NCBI GenBank assembly: GCA_028534125.1
Contig: CM052816.1
Location: 60,328,001-60,392,000 of the forward strand
DNA from: Lama glama
Lineage: Eukaryota
Reading direction: 5' to 3'
Length of the DNA stretch: 64,000 nucleotides
The notes beneath the pieces were generated by a model that worked only from the letters and a program-made list of their open reading frames with translations, was not told the origin of the DNA and did no database searches. Made by a program: the position numbers and the translations under genes. Shown in pieces: positions 12,801 through 24,905 of the stretch; position 1 is the stretch's first letter, and every line of letters starts with the position of its first letter.

Positions 12801-13810
12801 AATGTGATATTCTTCTCAAGTATTCCCTGGATCCCAGGAGAACCAGGGACTCAGAAAGCGTAGCAAACAGCCAATACCTTCACAAAAATCAAAGAGGAGA
12901 ACAGATAGAGGTGAGAAATTTTTCCAAATTAGTAACTCCTTGATCTGCACATTAGAGAAGCAGGACAGAACTTGCATGATGTCAGCCCAGCACACAGGGC
13001 CAGGGGAGAGTCTCAAAATCACCGACTGTAAGCAGGTTACCCTAGCAGTCTGCCCACAGGCTCTCAAGCAGGGGGAGGTCCTGGGAGAAGCTCCACAGCT
13101 TAACCTGATGGAGTTACATCCCCTGGGAGAAGAGTTAGGCCACCAGAAAATATATGTCATCCTTACAGGGCTGGAGGGGGTCATCCTGTAGGAAGGAGAC
13201 TACTGAGAGTGCCACAGAAGAGTGTGTCCCTCCATCCTAAGTCAGCTGCCTGGAAGACCATCAATAAGCCACCCAGAGCAGTGGCCTCTCACAGAGCTAA
13301 GCAATCCAATTATGGAGCCAAGAGCAGTGCTTAGATGCCACCACCTGACAAATAGGAAGGCTAGCTCCTAGACTGCTTTAAGACCAAACGTCCTTGTCAC
13401 TTACTCCAGACAGTCTTCCTATGTCCCTCCTGAGTTAGGTATTCCTCCACTGGGCTCTGCTCCTAAGAGCTCCTGCAGGAAAGAGGTTCCATCACTGTAT
13501 CAGAATGTCTTTTTGCAGATCAGTCAGTCTCCCTTAGAATAAGAGCTCCCTGAAGGCAGGGGCTGTACTTCCATCTTTAAACCCTCAATACAACCATTGG
13601 GATGAATGTTAAGACAAAGGAGAAAGGGAAGAAGGACTTGCTCAGGGTTAGAAAGATATCTGATAGCAAAGTTTGGTCTAGAATCCTGATATTGTGAAGA
13701 CTGACCTTGCATATGTTTTAAAAAGCTTTTTCTGTCTATTCCTCTTGGAGTTTTGTGAGTCCATTCCATTATCCATATATGCTCACATCCATTCCAGTGT
13801 CTAAGATTGT

Positions 13811-14016
13811 CTCAGATTTCAAAATCTCAGATTTCAAAATCTCAGAAAAGAGACCATGCATATGTAGCCACGTGTATATAGATTTTGTGCATATACTCAA
13901 TTCTATTTGTATAATTTCTAGAACGTGGACTTGGTTCAAATATATATGTGTGTGTATGTTGTATATATATATATTGCCTCAGATTTCAAAATCTCAGAAA
14001 AGAGACCATGCATATG
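13811..14016. repeat. Local duplications: 15-bp tandem plus 39-bp direct repeat 152 bp apart
   Basis: CTCAGATTTCAAAAT x2 (13811-13840). CTCAGATTTCAAAATCTCAGAAAAGAGACCATGCATATG at 13826-13864 and 13978-14016. Confidence 0.9.
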
Positions 14017-14739
14017 ATGCCGTGTGTATGTAGACACAGGTAAATATGTATCTAACTAGTTTGTATGAAATGCTAAATGCCTTTTGAGTAACAGCAAACC
14101 TCAGATACTAATCATTGCATCAGGCTCTCAATCTGGAGTTAACTTCAAGGACATGGTGTTTCTTGATCCAGAAGCTTGGTCTAAGGTACATCATTTCTCA
14201 TCTGGCTCCTGTGCATGAATTATAGTGCAATTATAAGAAGTGTCAATTTGGTTTAAGTGGGTCAGTGTGGTTATATTTAGCCCTTTGGTAGCTGACACTA
14301 AGACCTTTCTGTTAACATAAGATTAAGGTTAATTTATCAGTTCTTCTTTTCTCGCATATTTTTCCAGGTCAGACATCTAAAGTTATGGAAAATCATCCCA
14401 TTAAATTAAGAGGTAAGAATTTCCACTGAAGTATCACATAGGGAGCATCTACAGACAGAGGTAGAAACTATGTGTTTCTGTAGCCATTAGAATTTTATTC
14501 CACTGTTAAAGTTGATTCAAATTACTCCACAAATCAGAAGATACTATGTCAGTGAAGACAAATAATTTTTTAGCCAAGGAGTTCTCAAGCAAGCTTCAGT
14601 CCCTGTATCTATTAAGTTACATCATTTTTATAACAACAAAAATTTTTAAAGAAATATTAACTCATAGGAGACTATGATGTTAAGCATAAAAAGTGAACAT
14701 TCCTTTTCACTTATCATAACTCACAGTAATCCGATTAAG

Positions 14740-15920
14740 ACATCAATCAGATATTTTTTACCTGTTTAACTGGCAAAGACTACAAAAATGTAACACTCGA
14801 TGCTGGTGAGAGTGGGAGGGGAAAAGCACTCTCTACTAACTTTCTAGAAAGCAATTGAGAGAATTAAAACACACACACTATACATTTACATATGCACATG
14901 TGTCTACACACATGTGTACATATGTACAGAAATATAAATATATATGTGTGCATATATATATATACAATATACACACATATATATTTGGACTATGTCCACA
15001 TTCTAGAAATTACACACATATAATTGAGGATATGCACAAAGATCTATGCATATGAAAATTAATCTCAGAATTCCTTATATTAGTGTAACACTGGGAAAAA
15101 CCCAAAGGTACAAGACAAGGGCAATGTTAATAAACATTGAAACAGCCATAAAATGAAATATTAAAAAACCAGTAAAGACCATTGTGGTAGAAAGAGTAAT
15201 ACATCCCAAAGATACAAGGTTCCAATTCCTTGAACCTTGGAATGTGAATATGTTACCTGAATAGGAATTTTGCAGGTGTGATTAGATTAAGGATAGTGAG
15301 ACAAGCAGATGATCCTGTATCATCCAGGTGGGCCCGAAATGTCATCACAAATGTCTTTATAAGAGGGAGGCAGAAGGAGGTCTGATTACAGAAGAATGTA
15401 ATATGACACTGAAGCAAGATGCTATGCTGATGGCTTGGCGGATGGAAGAAGGGGCCATGAGTCAAAGAAGACAAGGAATGCAGCTCTCATGCTGGAAAAG
15501 GCAGGGCAACAGACACTGTTTCTAGAGGGAGCTCAGCCCTGCTGACACCTTGATTTCAGCCCAGTGATACCGGCTTTAGAGTCCTAAGAGATTCTGACCT
15601 ATAGAACCTTAAGAGAATAACCATAGTTGTTTTAAGCCACTTAGTTTGTTGGAATTTGTTACAGCAGCCCAAGGAAACTTAATGTTTTTTAAAAATATGT
15701 AATACAGGGGAAATGCTCCTGAAATCTGTTTTTTAAAAAAGGAAAAAATGAAGTTCTATGATCTAAATTATTTACAGTATAATAAATATGAATGTATATG
15801 AGTAGAAGAGATGGAAATAAACATAGCATTTTTAGTGGACATTTATGAGTATAGCATTATGGTTGCTTTTATTCCTCTTTATACTTTTTATACTTTTTAC
15901 AGTAAGTCTATATTATTTTT
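14740..15920 (+). mobile_element. Old L1 (L1M-type) 3' fragment interrupted by the MLT1 LTR
   Basis: Diverged L1 ORF2-end/3'UTR words (TGGCAAAGACTACAAAAATG, GCTGGTGAGAGTG, CCACATTCTAGAAATT) before the LTR, with A-rich L1-like sequence after it. Confidence 0.5.
15184..15684 (+). mobile_element. MaLR solo LTR (MLT1D-like)
   Basis: Starts TGTGGTAG, contains ATCCAGGTGGGCCC, AAGAGGGAGGCAGA and CTGACACCTTGATTTCAGCCCAGTGA, and ends TTTAAGCCACT...GTTACAGCAGC...GGAAACT. Confidence 0.8.
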
Positions 15921-17234
15921 AAGGAGGAAAAAAATCCCTCGATTTCTAGAAGTCTCATCAGGAACTGAAAGTTCAAGTTCCTGAGAATTTAAGAATGCTC
16001 TGAAGTTTTTACAAACCTAAGAAACACACACTTTCACTGAGACATTGTCATAAAATTTGATGGCTATTTTTTGACAAATAAAATTAATGCATATGTAAAA
16101 GCGCTATAAGCCTTGGTAATAAATACTAAAATTGCTTTAAAAAAGAAAGTCTTCTCTACTCCTGGGAATTTTATAATATAAAAATGAAAAACATCTCTTT
16201 TCTAGACATAAATCCTTACCTGTCTATGGCAACTGGGCAAATGGCTATTTGCAAAGCTGCCTGGGTTATAAATGCACACAGAGCTTTGTTTTGGGTTGAA
16301 TATATACATTATTATTTGCAGACGGGTCAGGCTGTGCATTTTATGTGAGCCATTTTGAATTCCAGACCTGCTTCACTCCACTGGGCGGTACATGAAAGCA
16401 TTCTTCTTTCATTGCTCAGAAAAATCATATACTCTTGAAAGGAAGCTCTGTTTTAATATTAGCCAAGTATGTGTGCAGTAAAAAATGATGTTCTTAATTT
16501 CCAAGAATTATATTAGCTATAATTTGGGATCACCTCTCCCCAACATGTACAAACATTATTTTTTATGAGGCTAGATCATTCAGATTTTACTGTCTTTACT
16601 TAGCAAGACTGTGAGGACTGAAAGGCAGAGACCAAGTTTCTGGTTCCCACCATGGAAATATTCTCTGAACCAATGTACATGTCATAGAAGACGACCATAT
16701 GAATGTTCATAGAGATCAACACATTTTTCAACAATAAGTTGTTCCAGTTAATAAGAGCCACCACAATAGCCAATCCTGTCACCCATTATAGTGACAGCTG
16801 GGTGATGGATGAATATCTATCAATGTGAAATAAGAATTATCTCTACCAGGACACAGAGAGAATTCTTAGGACACAGAACTACCAAGAATGCTAATATACC
16901 AAGGATAAGAGAAAAACAAGGCCAGATGACAGGCACATGGCAGAAACAGAAACCTGAACAGGATTGAGCAAATCCCACTAAAAAGCGGCAGGAAAATATA
17001 CTAGTTTGGAAAATTAGAAAATGGGGAAGTTTTTGCTATACATAAAATGAAAAAAGAACAGCTGATGTTCATCTTTTCTCCCCACAGCCACACCCTGGTC
17101 ATGGCCTCCACTGTCCCCTGCCTGGAATGCAATACCCTCTGTCCCCCACTCCAAATTCTTCTTCCGAAGCTGCCCAGCTCCAACATGTGCACATCATTTT
17201 GTGAAACAGGGGTCAATAGCTCCCTACTGTTGCA

Positions 17235-17425
17235 GTAGTATTTCTTCACGTATGGTTTCTGTCCTACCATCGCTGAGTTACCTGGGGGTGCTTGTTAGAA
17301 ATGCAGATTTGGGGAGGCTTCTCTACATCCATTGATTCAGGATTTCGGGGTGTGAAGCCCAGGAGTGTGCATTCTACCAAAACGCCCCAGGGGATTCTTC
17401 TGTACATTAAGGATTTAGAGGTTTT
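17235..17425. mobile_element. MER5-like hAT DNA transposon
   Basis: TTACCTGGGGGTGCTTGTTAGAAATGCAGATT ... GCCCAGGAGTGTGCATTCTACC ... CCCCAGGGGATTCT. Confidence 0.65.
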
Positions 17426-19053
17426 TCATAGGAAAATCAAAACCTCTTTACATGGAATACTTTATGATGCAGTCCCTTGTTATCTCTCCTGCCTCATCCT
17501 TCGACATGTGTCCCTCCGTGGTTTATGCTCCAATAATAGAAAAATATGTACTTGTCAGATATATCGAATTACTTTAAGCTCCCCAGACACAGTCGCTCTG
17601 CCTTTGTACACCCTGTTCCCTCTTCTTAGAATTTCCACCTCCTCTGCCTGGAAAACTTCTGCTCGTCTTTCAAGTGTGAGCTGTAAGGTCACCTCTCCAG
17701 CCAAGTTTGCTTACCTTCCTCTTGCAGACCTGAGTGTTTTTTCTCCTGGCTCTCCAGTGAATTTTATGCATATACATGCCTCTTTTATTTAGCAGTCATT
17801 CTACTGTGCATGATTGTGTGTTTATAGGTCCAGTTCTCCATGAGGCTTTAAGTTCTCCAAGTGAAAGGTCAGTTTCTGATCATCAGTAGATGCCTCAAAG
17901 GACACAGAAGATACTCAGCAGAATGCATGGATGCACATGCATTATTTTCTAAGGTTAGTTTAAAAAAAAAAAACCTTCAACTGGTTAGTTTTCTATTTCC
18001 CCAACTTCTACCCACAAGCCCTAGAGGAATGCTTTCAAAACCATGTTGGCTTCTGTCAATTGGTTGGATGATTTTTCTTTAAAGCCCTGCCTTTATTGAC
18101 AACCTTCATGATAAGTAAAAAAGAGCAAGAGAAATTTCAGTCTATCATTTTAAGGTGGATTTTAATAATTCATTAATAAATGCACCCCAAAACACTATTA
18201 TCTTTTCACATGCCTTCACAACAAGTATGGTTGAGTAAAGTGTTATTTTGTCTTCCCTGAGAAAAAGTGACTGAAAACCGGAACTCAGGCAGTACGACCT
18301 TTCCTGAGGCTGGAAACTCAATCCTACTGGGGACATGATCAACGCAAACAACCGCTGCAGTGACCAGAGGGGAACTGAGAATGTCACAGCAGTAGCACCC
18401 AAGTTTGCAACGTGCTGACTCCCGCCCCTCAGCCCAGGGCTCCTGGCTCAGATACGTCGGCTTCCACAGCAAAACCGTCCACCCTGTTTGAGAGGAGTTG
18501 CGAAGATGAACAGACACAGCCCATCTGAGCAACGTCTCACAGTCAGCCTGCTGTGCCCTTCTCCCTCCTCTTTGGCAAAAGCCCATTCCTCCAACTCACT
18601 CCTGCTCTTATTCCATAGTCCACCAATCTCATCTGAGAGTTTAACTAAGAACTAATGCTTTCATGGATAATGTTGAAGATCTGACTATCTAGCTGGGTTT
18701 ACATTTTAAAGAGGATTGAAAGTTTTAGAGAAAGGTGCAAGGAGAAGGTGTGGGGGCAGAGTCCACCCCTGACTGCAGGAGTCTGAGTTCAGTGGGGGAT
18801 GCTATCAATCAGTATCAGGGGACAAGCTTCCCAAAGAGTGGCAGCCATCCCGCTCTCTCCCCACTGCTTTTCAAGAGAGAAAATCAGAAATGAAGACGCA
18901 AAACCTTGCCCTGAATGGGCTATCAATTCCTGATGTAGATTCTACTGTCTCTTCTATTTTCCACACAAGCATCATGGAGAGAAGACTTATTTAATAATTA
19001 TGCAGCCACCAAAAGTGACCACTACAGATTATAAAACAGCGTGGTTGTATGTA

Positions 19054-19074
19054 ACACACACACACACACACACA
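19054..19074. repeat. (CA)n microsatellite
   Basis: Direct reading of the CA dinucleotide run. Confidence 0.85.
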
Positions 19075-19662
19075 AACAGAAAAAGTTTAACTAGGGTATG
19101 ATTATAATCCTATAAAATCACTACGCATATAGAAAGGGATTTGTAGGCATCATAGAAAACTGCAAACAGTTCATCCTACGTGATTTATTTGAGTCTTTTG
19201 TATCTGCTATTGCTGTTTTAATATATATGAAAGCACACTGTAAGTTTCAACAGTTATTTCCTGGTCTTCAGTAACTTGCTCCATGATTATATCAATTTGC
19301 TTTGCTGTCAATTCATCTTCCCAGAAGCAACCCCAGCTGCCTTCAAATAACACCGCCTGATGCAAGACACACAGAAAAAGCGGGAGAGCTCAGGCTGTCT
19401 CCAGTGGGGACCCAGGGAGGGACAACCTTCAGTTGTTCACAAACACTAAACTATAAACTGCCAGGGGCTAAAACTGAACATCTGAACGTCTTGAGTGGCA
19501 TTTGACATTTTCAAAGTCCTTTCTCTCTCCTTCAAAATAATCTTTTCCTTCTACTTATCCTTTATTAGAGTCTAGTACCACAGCTTTAAAAACACCACTG
19601 CAGAGTTCATGGTTCCCATAGATCCATCTAGTGACTGTGTCCGAGAAACGGGATCAGATACA

Positions 19663-19799
19663 CAGTCAGCCCTCAGTATCCGCCGGTTCCCCATCTGTGG
19701 ATACAGACAGCCCACTGTCCTATGCCATTTTATAAAAGGGACATGAGCATCCACAGATGGTCCTAGAGCCAATTCCCTGTGGATACCGAGGGACAACTC
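19663..19799. mobile_element. MER2/Tigger-like internally deleted DNA transposon (MITE-sized)
   Basis: Imperfect terminal inverted repeats CAGTCAGCCCTCAGTATCC ... GGATACCGAGGGACAACT around a short core. Confidence 0.7.
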
Positions 19800-21135
19800 A
19801 ACGTAATTCCGTGAGCTGCCAGGTATCCATAGAGCACGTAAAGAAACAGGAGGCATTGTTTGTTACTTTCAGCTTTTCTGGGGGGCAAAGCCTGCTGCAT
19901 GTAATTTGCGTAAGTGGAAAGCTCTGGCCCAGTCCCACAAAACCCAAAGGCCTTTTTAGTATGTGTTTTAAAAATATAAGTCAGGTGATGGAAGTTCTGG
20001 GTGCATCTAATACCCACCTGTCAACAGGTGATAGATGGGTTGAGCCCACTGGTTAACCTAAGTATCCAAACAAGGCCAATTTTAGAAAGGAAGGGGAAAC
20101 CAAGTCTTTGTGGTGTCTCATAAATACACACTATGCAATAAATGATTGAATTTTTCAATGTGCTACTTTCAAGGGAAGCAAATGAAAGAACATGTAGGAA
20201 ACAGTGAACAGATGAACAGAGCAGAGTGTGCAAACCAGGCAGCCAGATTTCATCAGTGCATACTAAGTACCACAAGCACGTGTCCTGCCTGGAGTGTGCA
20301 ACATCCCTTCTCCTATCCCACTGGCTACCTCAGTAGACTAGGGTGTAACTGCTTCTTTGAGTGAAGGAAGAATTTAAGGTCCTATATTGCAGAGTCATTA
20401 TGTCTTGAGAAGCTTTCACTTCAACAATTTTGAACCTTATTTATATTCATTTGTCATCCAAAGAACTAGCATTTCAGGAGGGAATAACTAAAATCATAAC
20501 ATATGATTTTCCTACAAATAGTCCAGTAAATACAACAAGAATAACATCTCCTTCCCCAATGAAATCACATCTAGTCTACCTGTCAGATTCCTGGAAACTC
20601 TAGGACAGATTCATATCTACAAAGTTCCAAGAGTAGTTAAGTAACTTTAAAAAAATTTCCCAGAGAAACATGACCAGATAAATTTCTCATTACCTGAGAG
20701 ATGAATATAGAATAGTTGTGGTCATATGATTCTTTAAATTTGGGTATGAAAACTAACTTGATAAATAGAATATACTTCTCATTAAAGTTTATTATTGATT
20801 TTAAAACAAAACTAAGAGTGTTTCCAAGACTGTAAACAAAATTAAGAGTGTTTCTCAGGCCATATAAAAATTTATTTTTCTTTCTTTGGTAAAAGAGAAA
20901 AAGCAAAGCACGAGTAATAGAAATTTACTGATAATCCATAAATTTCACATTATGGAATTATTTTAACTTCTTGACACAATGAAACTTTCATAGAGCTGTC
21001 AGCAACTGGAAGACTCAGTCTGAATTTCACTTCTGCTTCTCCCTATCAACCCTGTATGGGCTTGCTGGAGAGCAGAGAAGTGCCCTAAGGTAGAGATCTA
21101 AAGAAAAGTGACAGAAGCCAAATTCTCAGCTAGCT

Positions 21136-21180
21136 TATATATATGCGCGCGTGTGTGTGTGTGTGTGTGGAGAGAGAGAG
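21136..21180. repeat. Compound microsatellite (TA)(GC)(GT)n(GA)n
   Basis: tatatatatgcgcgcgtgtgtg...gagagagag. Confidence 0.9.
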
Positions 21181-22389
21181 AAGGAGAGTTAGTTTGACTC
21201 TTCTGGCTGAAAATGAGACATGGAATACAAATATCACTTAAAATAGATTTAAGATAAGTGATCTAAAAATCCTTTACATTTTAAGTAAAAAATATTGGTC
21301 ATGTTTTACTTATTTTAGAAAAAACTTCCTTCTTCCTTGGTTGAAAAAAACTTCTGCCTGGTGTGAATGTGTATTTAATTGCAAACTCGTGGGAACTCCT
21401 TTAAAACATTTACCTGAAACTCTTATTTCTTTCCTTAAAGGAGCTGGTTTCAACATGTAAGTGGGGGGAAAATAACACTTCACTATATAAAACAGCATTT
21501 CCCCAGGGCTACGCTCATGTGCCAGCGTGGGTTCTAACCCATCCACACCCCTTCCTTGCTTCTCTGTCTCCAGTCCCAAATACCAAAGACTCTGCCCAAT
21601 TTGCCTGAATAATTCTGGGCTGACACATGCTTCAGTGAGGCGGTGAGAATGGCCCTGGTCAATGGCTGGGCAAAATCCCTATGAAGACAAACAGCTTTCC
21701 CCAGATATTCTGTACTGTCACTGCTTTGGGAGACTTCATGGGAATATCCGGCTTCTTAAAGGGAAAATAAATAGCTTTATTCAGATTATGCACAACAAGG
21801 GGTGAAGAGAGAGACACGGTTAAAAGGTACTTCTGAGAATCTAAGAAGAGGTAGAATTCAGGGCCATTTAAAAATCATCAAGGTGCTAAGAAACCTTACC
21901 TTTGGGAGCCCCATCTGACATACTATCTAACATACTAAAGTACACCCAAATCACACATTAAATCTTTTTCCCCCTGTGAAACATGTTTTAAGTATTTTGT
22001 ATTTTTGCTTTATAGCTCAACAATCATCACACACTCTTGAGAATTCTCAAGAAGTGTGAAGATCTAAAATAGAAACTGTTTTCAAAGACTCCATTTTTAT
22101 GAATGCCAAGTTTCACAATGAATGAAGTGAATAGGTTATGTTTAGAGACGAGTACCTTAATTCTGCTAATAAAGCTGTAAGCTACAACCTGATTTCAGAC
22201 ACGTTAATGTGAAAAATGTACGTTTTCATAGATAAAATAAGGTATGCATTTTGTCTCTGCAGTTATCTGTTTGTGTTTTTTGAACCAAAACACCTTCCCT
22301 CCCCTTGCATCACACTTGGCATCATTCTGTGAACGTCTCTTTGTGCCTGAGAAGCTGGGTACGTATGGAGATGTGACCTCCTGCAGAGG

Positions 22390-22600
22390 TGGAGAACACA
22401 GATTCTGGAGCCACTGCCTGGGGTTGTAATTGTAGCATCAATACTTACTAGTTCTGTGATCTTGGGAAAGTACCTTAGTTTTCTATTCAGTAAAATAAGA
22501 GTAACAGTACTTATCTTCCAGGACTATTGCTAGAATTATGTTAGTGTTTTTTGAGTTTTGAGGGCAGTGTCTGATATTCTTAAAGTATTAGTCATGTTAC
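22390..22600 (+). mobile_element. MIR SINE
   Basis: TTCTGGAGCCACTGCCTGGG...ACTTACTAGTTCTGTGATCTTGGGAAAGT...GTAAAATAAGAGTAACAGTAC. Confidence 0.65.
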
Positions 22601-22899
22601 TGTTACTTCAGACCTAACAGATGAAATAGTTTTGGAGGAATCGCTCACTTTCCCTAACAAAGCTGCTCATCCACTGGGAAATATACTGAAGGAAGTAGTT
22701 GGACCCCAAATTTCAGGGAGATTTATTCATATACCAAGCCTTGAAACAAGATCCTTAGTTCCGCCTTTTCCTTCTCAGAGATTCTTCTCTAGGATAAGAG
22801 CAGGTGTGATCCCAAAGCCAAGGATAAATCCTTCCAGGTGAAGGGTCAAGGAGTAGGCACAGGAGAGATTCAACACCTTCTCTCCCCAGAATACTAGGG

Positions 22900-22920
22900 T
22901 CACCGCCCTCTAGTGGCTGA
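22900..22920 (-). promoter_or_regulatory. CTCF consensus motif
   Basis: Minus strand TCAGCCACTAGAGGGCGGTGA closely matches the CTCF core CCASYAGRKGGCRS. Confidence 0.6.
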
Positions 22921-23424
22921 GATGCTCAATTACAACGCCCCCAGCCAACTGTAATCCTATAGGTCTCTCGTAAAGAAAATCACTCAGATGATGGTAAACT
23001 TAAGTGAAAAGTCCATTCTGAGCCACTGGAGAGCAAGGCACAAAATAATAAACCAATTCAGTTTTCTTCGTAAAGAAATACTAAACATTTGCACAGTGTC
23101 ATAATGATTAACCTTAGCATCACAAAAAGAGCAACTTTAATTAAATATAACCTCTTTGTAGGTATTGAACACCTACTTCAGTGTTCTCTAAGGACAGTAT
23201 AACCCACATGATAAATAGCTTTTCCTTTCCCCAAGTTTTTTAATGGATGGGGCTCATTAGTTTACATAATCATCCCTAAAACTAGGACAGCACTCTCATT
23301 GTCGCTCTGTAGTAAAATATTAATCCTACCAAACCAAATATTTGACATGATCTGCTGGGCTTGGAGTGTTTTTCTTTAAGCCATTAACTTCTCAGAGACA
23401 GGAGAAAAAAAGAAAAAAAACACA

Positions 23425-23924
23425 NNNNNNNNNNNNNNNNNNNNNNNNNNNNNNNNNNNNNNNNNNNNNNNNNNNNNNNNNNNNNNNNNNNNNNNNNNNN
23501 NNNNNNNNNNNNNNNNNNNNNNNNNNNNNNNNNNNNNNNNNNNNNNNNNNNNNNNNNNNNNNNNNNNNNNNNNNNNNNNNNNNNNNNNNNNNNNNNNNNN
23601 NNNNNNNNNNNNNNNNNNNNNNNNNNNNNNNNNNNNNNNNNNNNNNNNNNNNNNNNNNNNNNNNNNNNNNNNNNNNNNNNNNNNNNNNNNNNNNNNNNNN
23701 NNNNNNNNNNNNNNNNNNNNNNNNNNNNNNNNNNNNNNNNNNNNNNNNNNNNNNNNNNNNNNNNNNNNNNNNNNNNNNNNNNNNNNNNNNNNNNNNNNNN
23801 NNNNNNNNNNNNNNNNNNNNNNNNNNNNNNNNNNNNNNNNNNNNNNNNNNNNNNNNNNNNNNNNNNNNNNNNNNNNNNNNNNNNNNNNNNNNNNNNNNNN
23901 NNNNNNNNNNNNNNNNNNNNNNNN
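23425..23924. other. Assembly gap (500 N)
   Basis: Run of N; the round length suggests an estimated or placeholder gap. Confidence 0.99.
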
Positions 23925-24037
23925 TGGGAGGTGTGTAAGAATACAAATATGTGCGTGCAAATTTGTGGGGAGCAAAAGATAGAGGTGTTGGAGAGGGATA
24001 AATATGAGTTTCAGAAATTTTTACTGGTGGCAATTCA

Positions 24038-24077
24038 TCAAAGGGGTGATATTCTCTCAGCATTTGGACCCACAAGG
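24038..24077 (-). CDS. MAST4: Candidate MAST4 alternative terminal coding exon (LVGPNAERISPL*)
   Basis: TTTTTCTTTTCCACACTGATTACTAG|C CTT GTG GGT CCA AAT GCT GAG AGA ATA TCA CCC CTT TGA TGA. In phase 2 this aligns with the recalled C-terminus of the short human MAST4 isoform (PVCPNAGRTSPLG*). Confidence 0.6.
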
Positions 24078-24184
24078 CTAGTAATCAGTGTGGAAAAGAA
24101 AAACTGATGTGCACAATTATGGCTTCTCTCTCTATAATACAGATCAATTATTCCTCTGTTTCAAAACCAATGACCTCTGCAAAC

Positions 24185-24905
24185 CTAAATGCATTCTTAC
24201 CATACAATCCAGCAATTGTACTCCCCAGATGTATTCAAAGGAGGTAAAAACGTACATCCCCACAAAAACCTGCACACACAGATTGACAGCAGTTTTACTC
24301 ATAATTGCCAAAACTTGGAAGTGACTGAGATGTCCTTCAGTTAAGTGAATGATCAAACTGTGGTACATCCAGCACTAGAACATTGTTCAGTGCTAAAAAG
24401 AAATGAGCTACCAAGTCACAAAAACAGAGAGCAATCTTAAATGCATGTTACTACATGGAAGAAGCCAATCTGAGAAGGCTGCATCCTGTATGATTCCAAC
24501 TAAATGACATTCCGGAGAAGACAAAACTGGAGGTAGTAGTGGTTACCAGGGGTTGTGGGGTGAAGCAGAGAGGGGTGAATAGGCAGGACAAAGGGTTTTT
24601 AGGGCAGTGAAAATACCCTGTATGACACCATACTGAAGATACATGTCATGAGAAATTTGTTCAAATCCATACAATGGACAAGAGGGAACCATAATGTAAA
24701 CTGTAGACTTTGGGTGATAATGTGTCATGTAGGTTCATCAACTGTAACAGAAGCCCCACTCTGGGGAGGCTGTTAGTAATGGGGGAGGCTATGCACGGAT
24801 AGGGGCAGGGGTATACAGCAGAGGGGAAACCTCTGTACTGTCTCCTCCATTTTGCTATGACCCTAAACCTGTTCTGCTCTAAAACAATAAAATCAATTTT
24901 AAAAA
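24185..24905 (+). mobile_element. L1 (L1MC-like) 3' fragment
   Basis: TACCATACAATCCAGCAATT, TAATTGCCAAAACTTGGAA, AAACTGTGGTACATCC, GAAGCCAATCTGA and GACTTTGGGTGATAATG, ending in AATAAA plus an A-rich tail. Confidence 0.85.

Noticed and set aside
16220..16309. 30-codon ORF (MYIFNPKQ...CHRQ) ending at strong donor CAG|GTAAGG on minus
   Set aside because: It ends in phase 0, incompatible with the phase-2 downstream MAST4 exon, and the peptide is not recognised. It overlaps an RFX-like motif, so is more likely regulatory or chance.
21900..21914. 15-nt AG...GT segment ATGGGGCTCCCAAAG with donor GTAAGG
   Set aside because: No polypyrimidine tract and several competing AGs immediately upstream.
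23366..24075. 190-227 aa ORFs in the ORF track
   Set aside because: Artefacts of translating through the 500-N gap.
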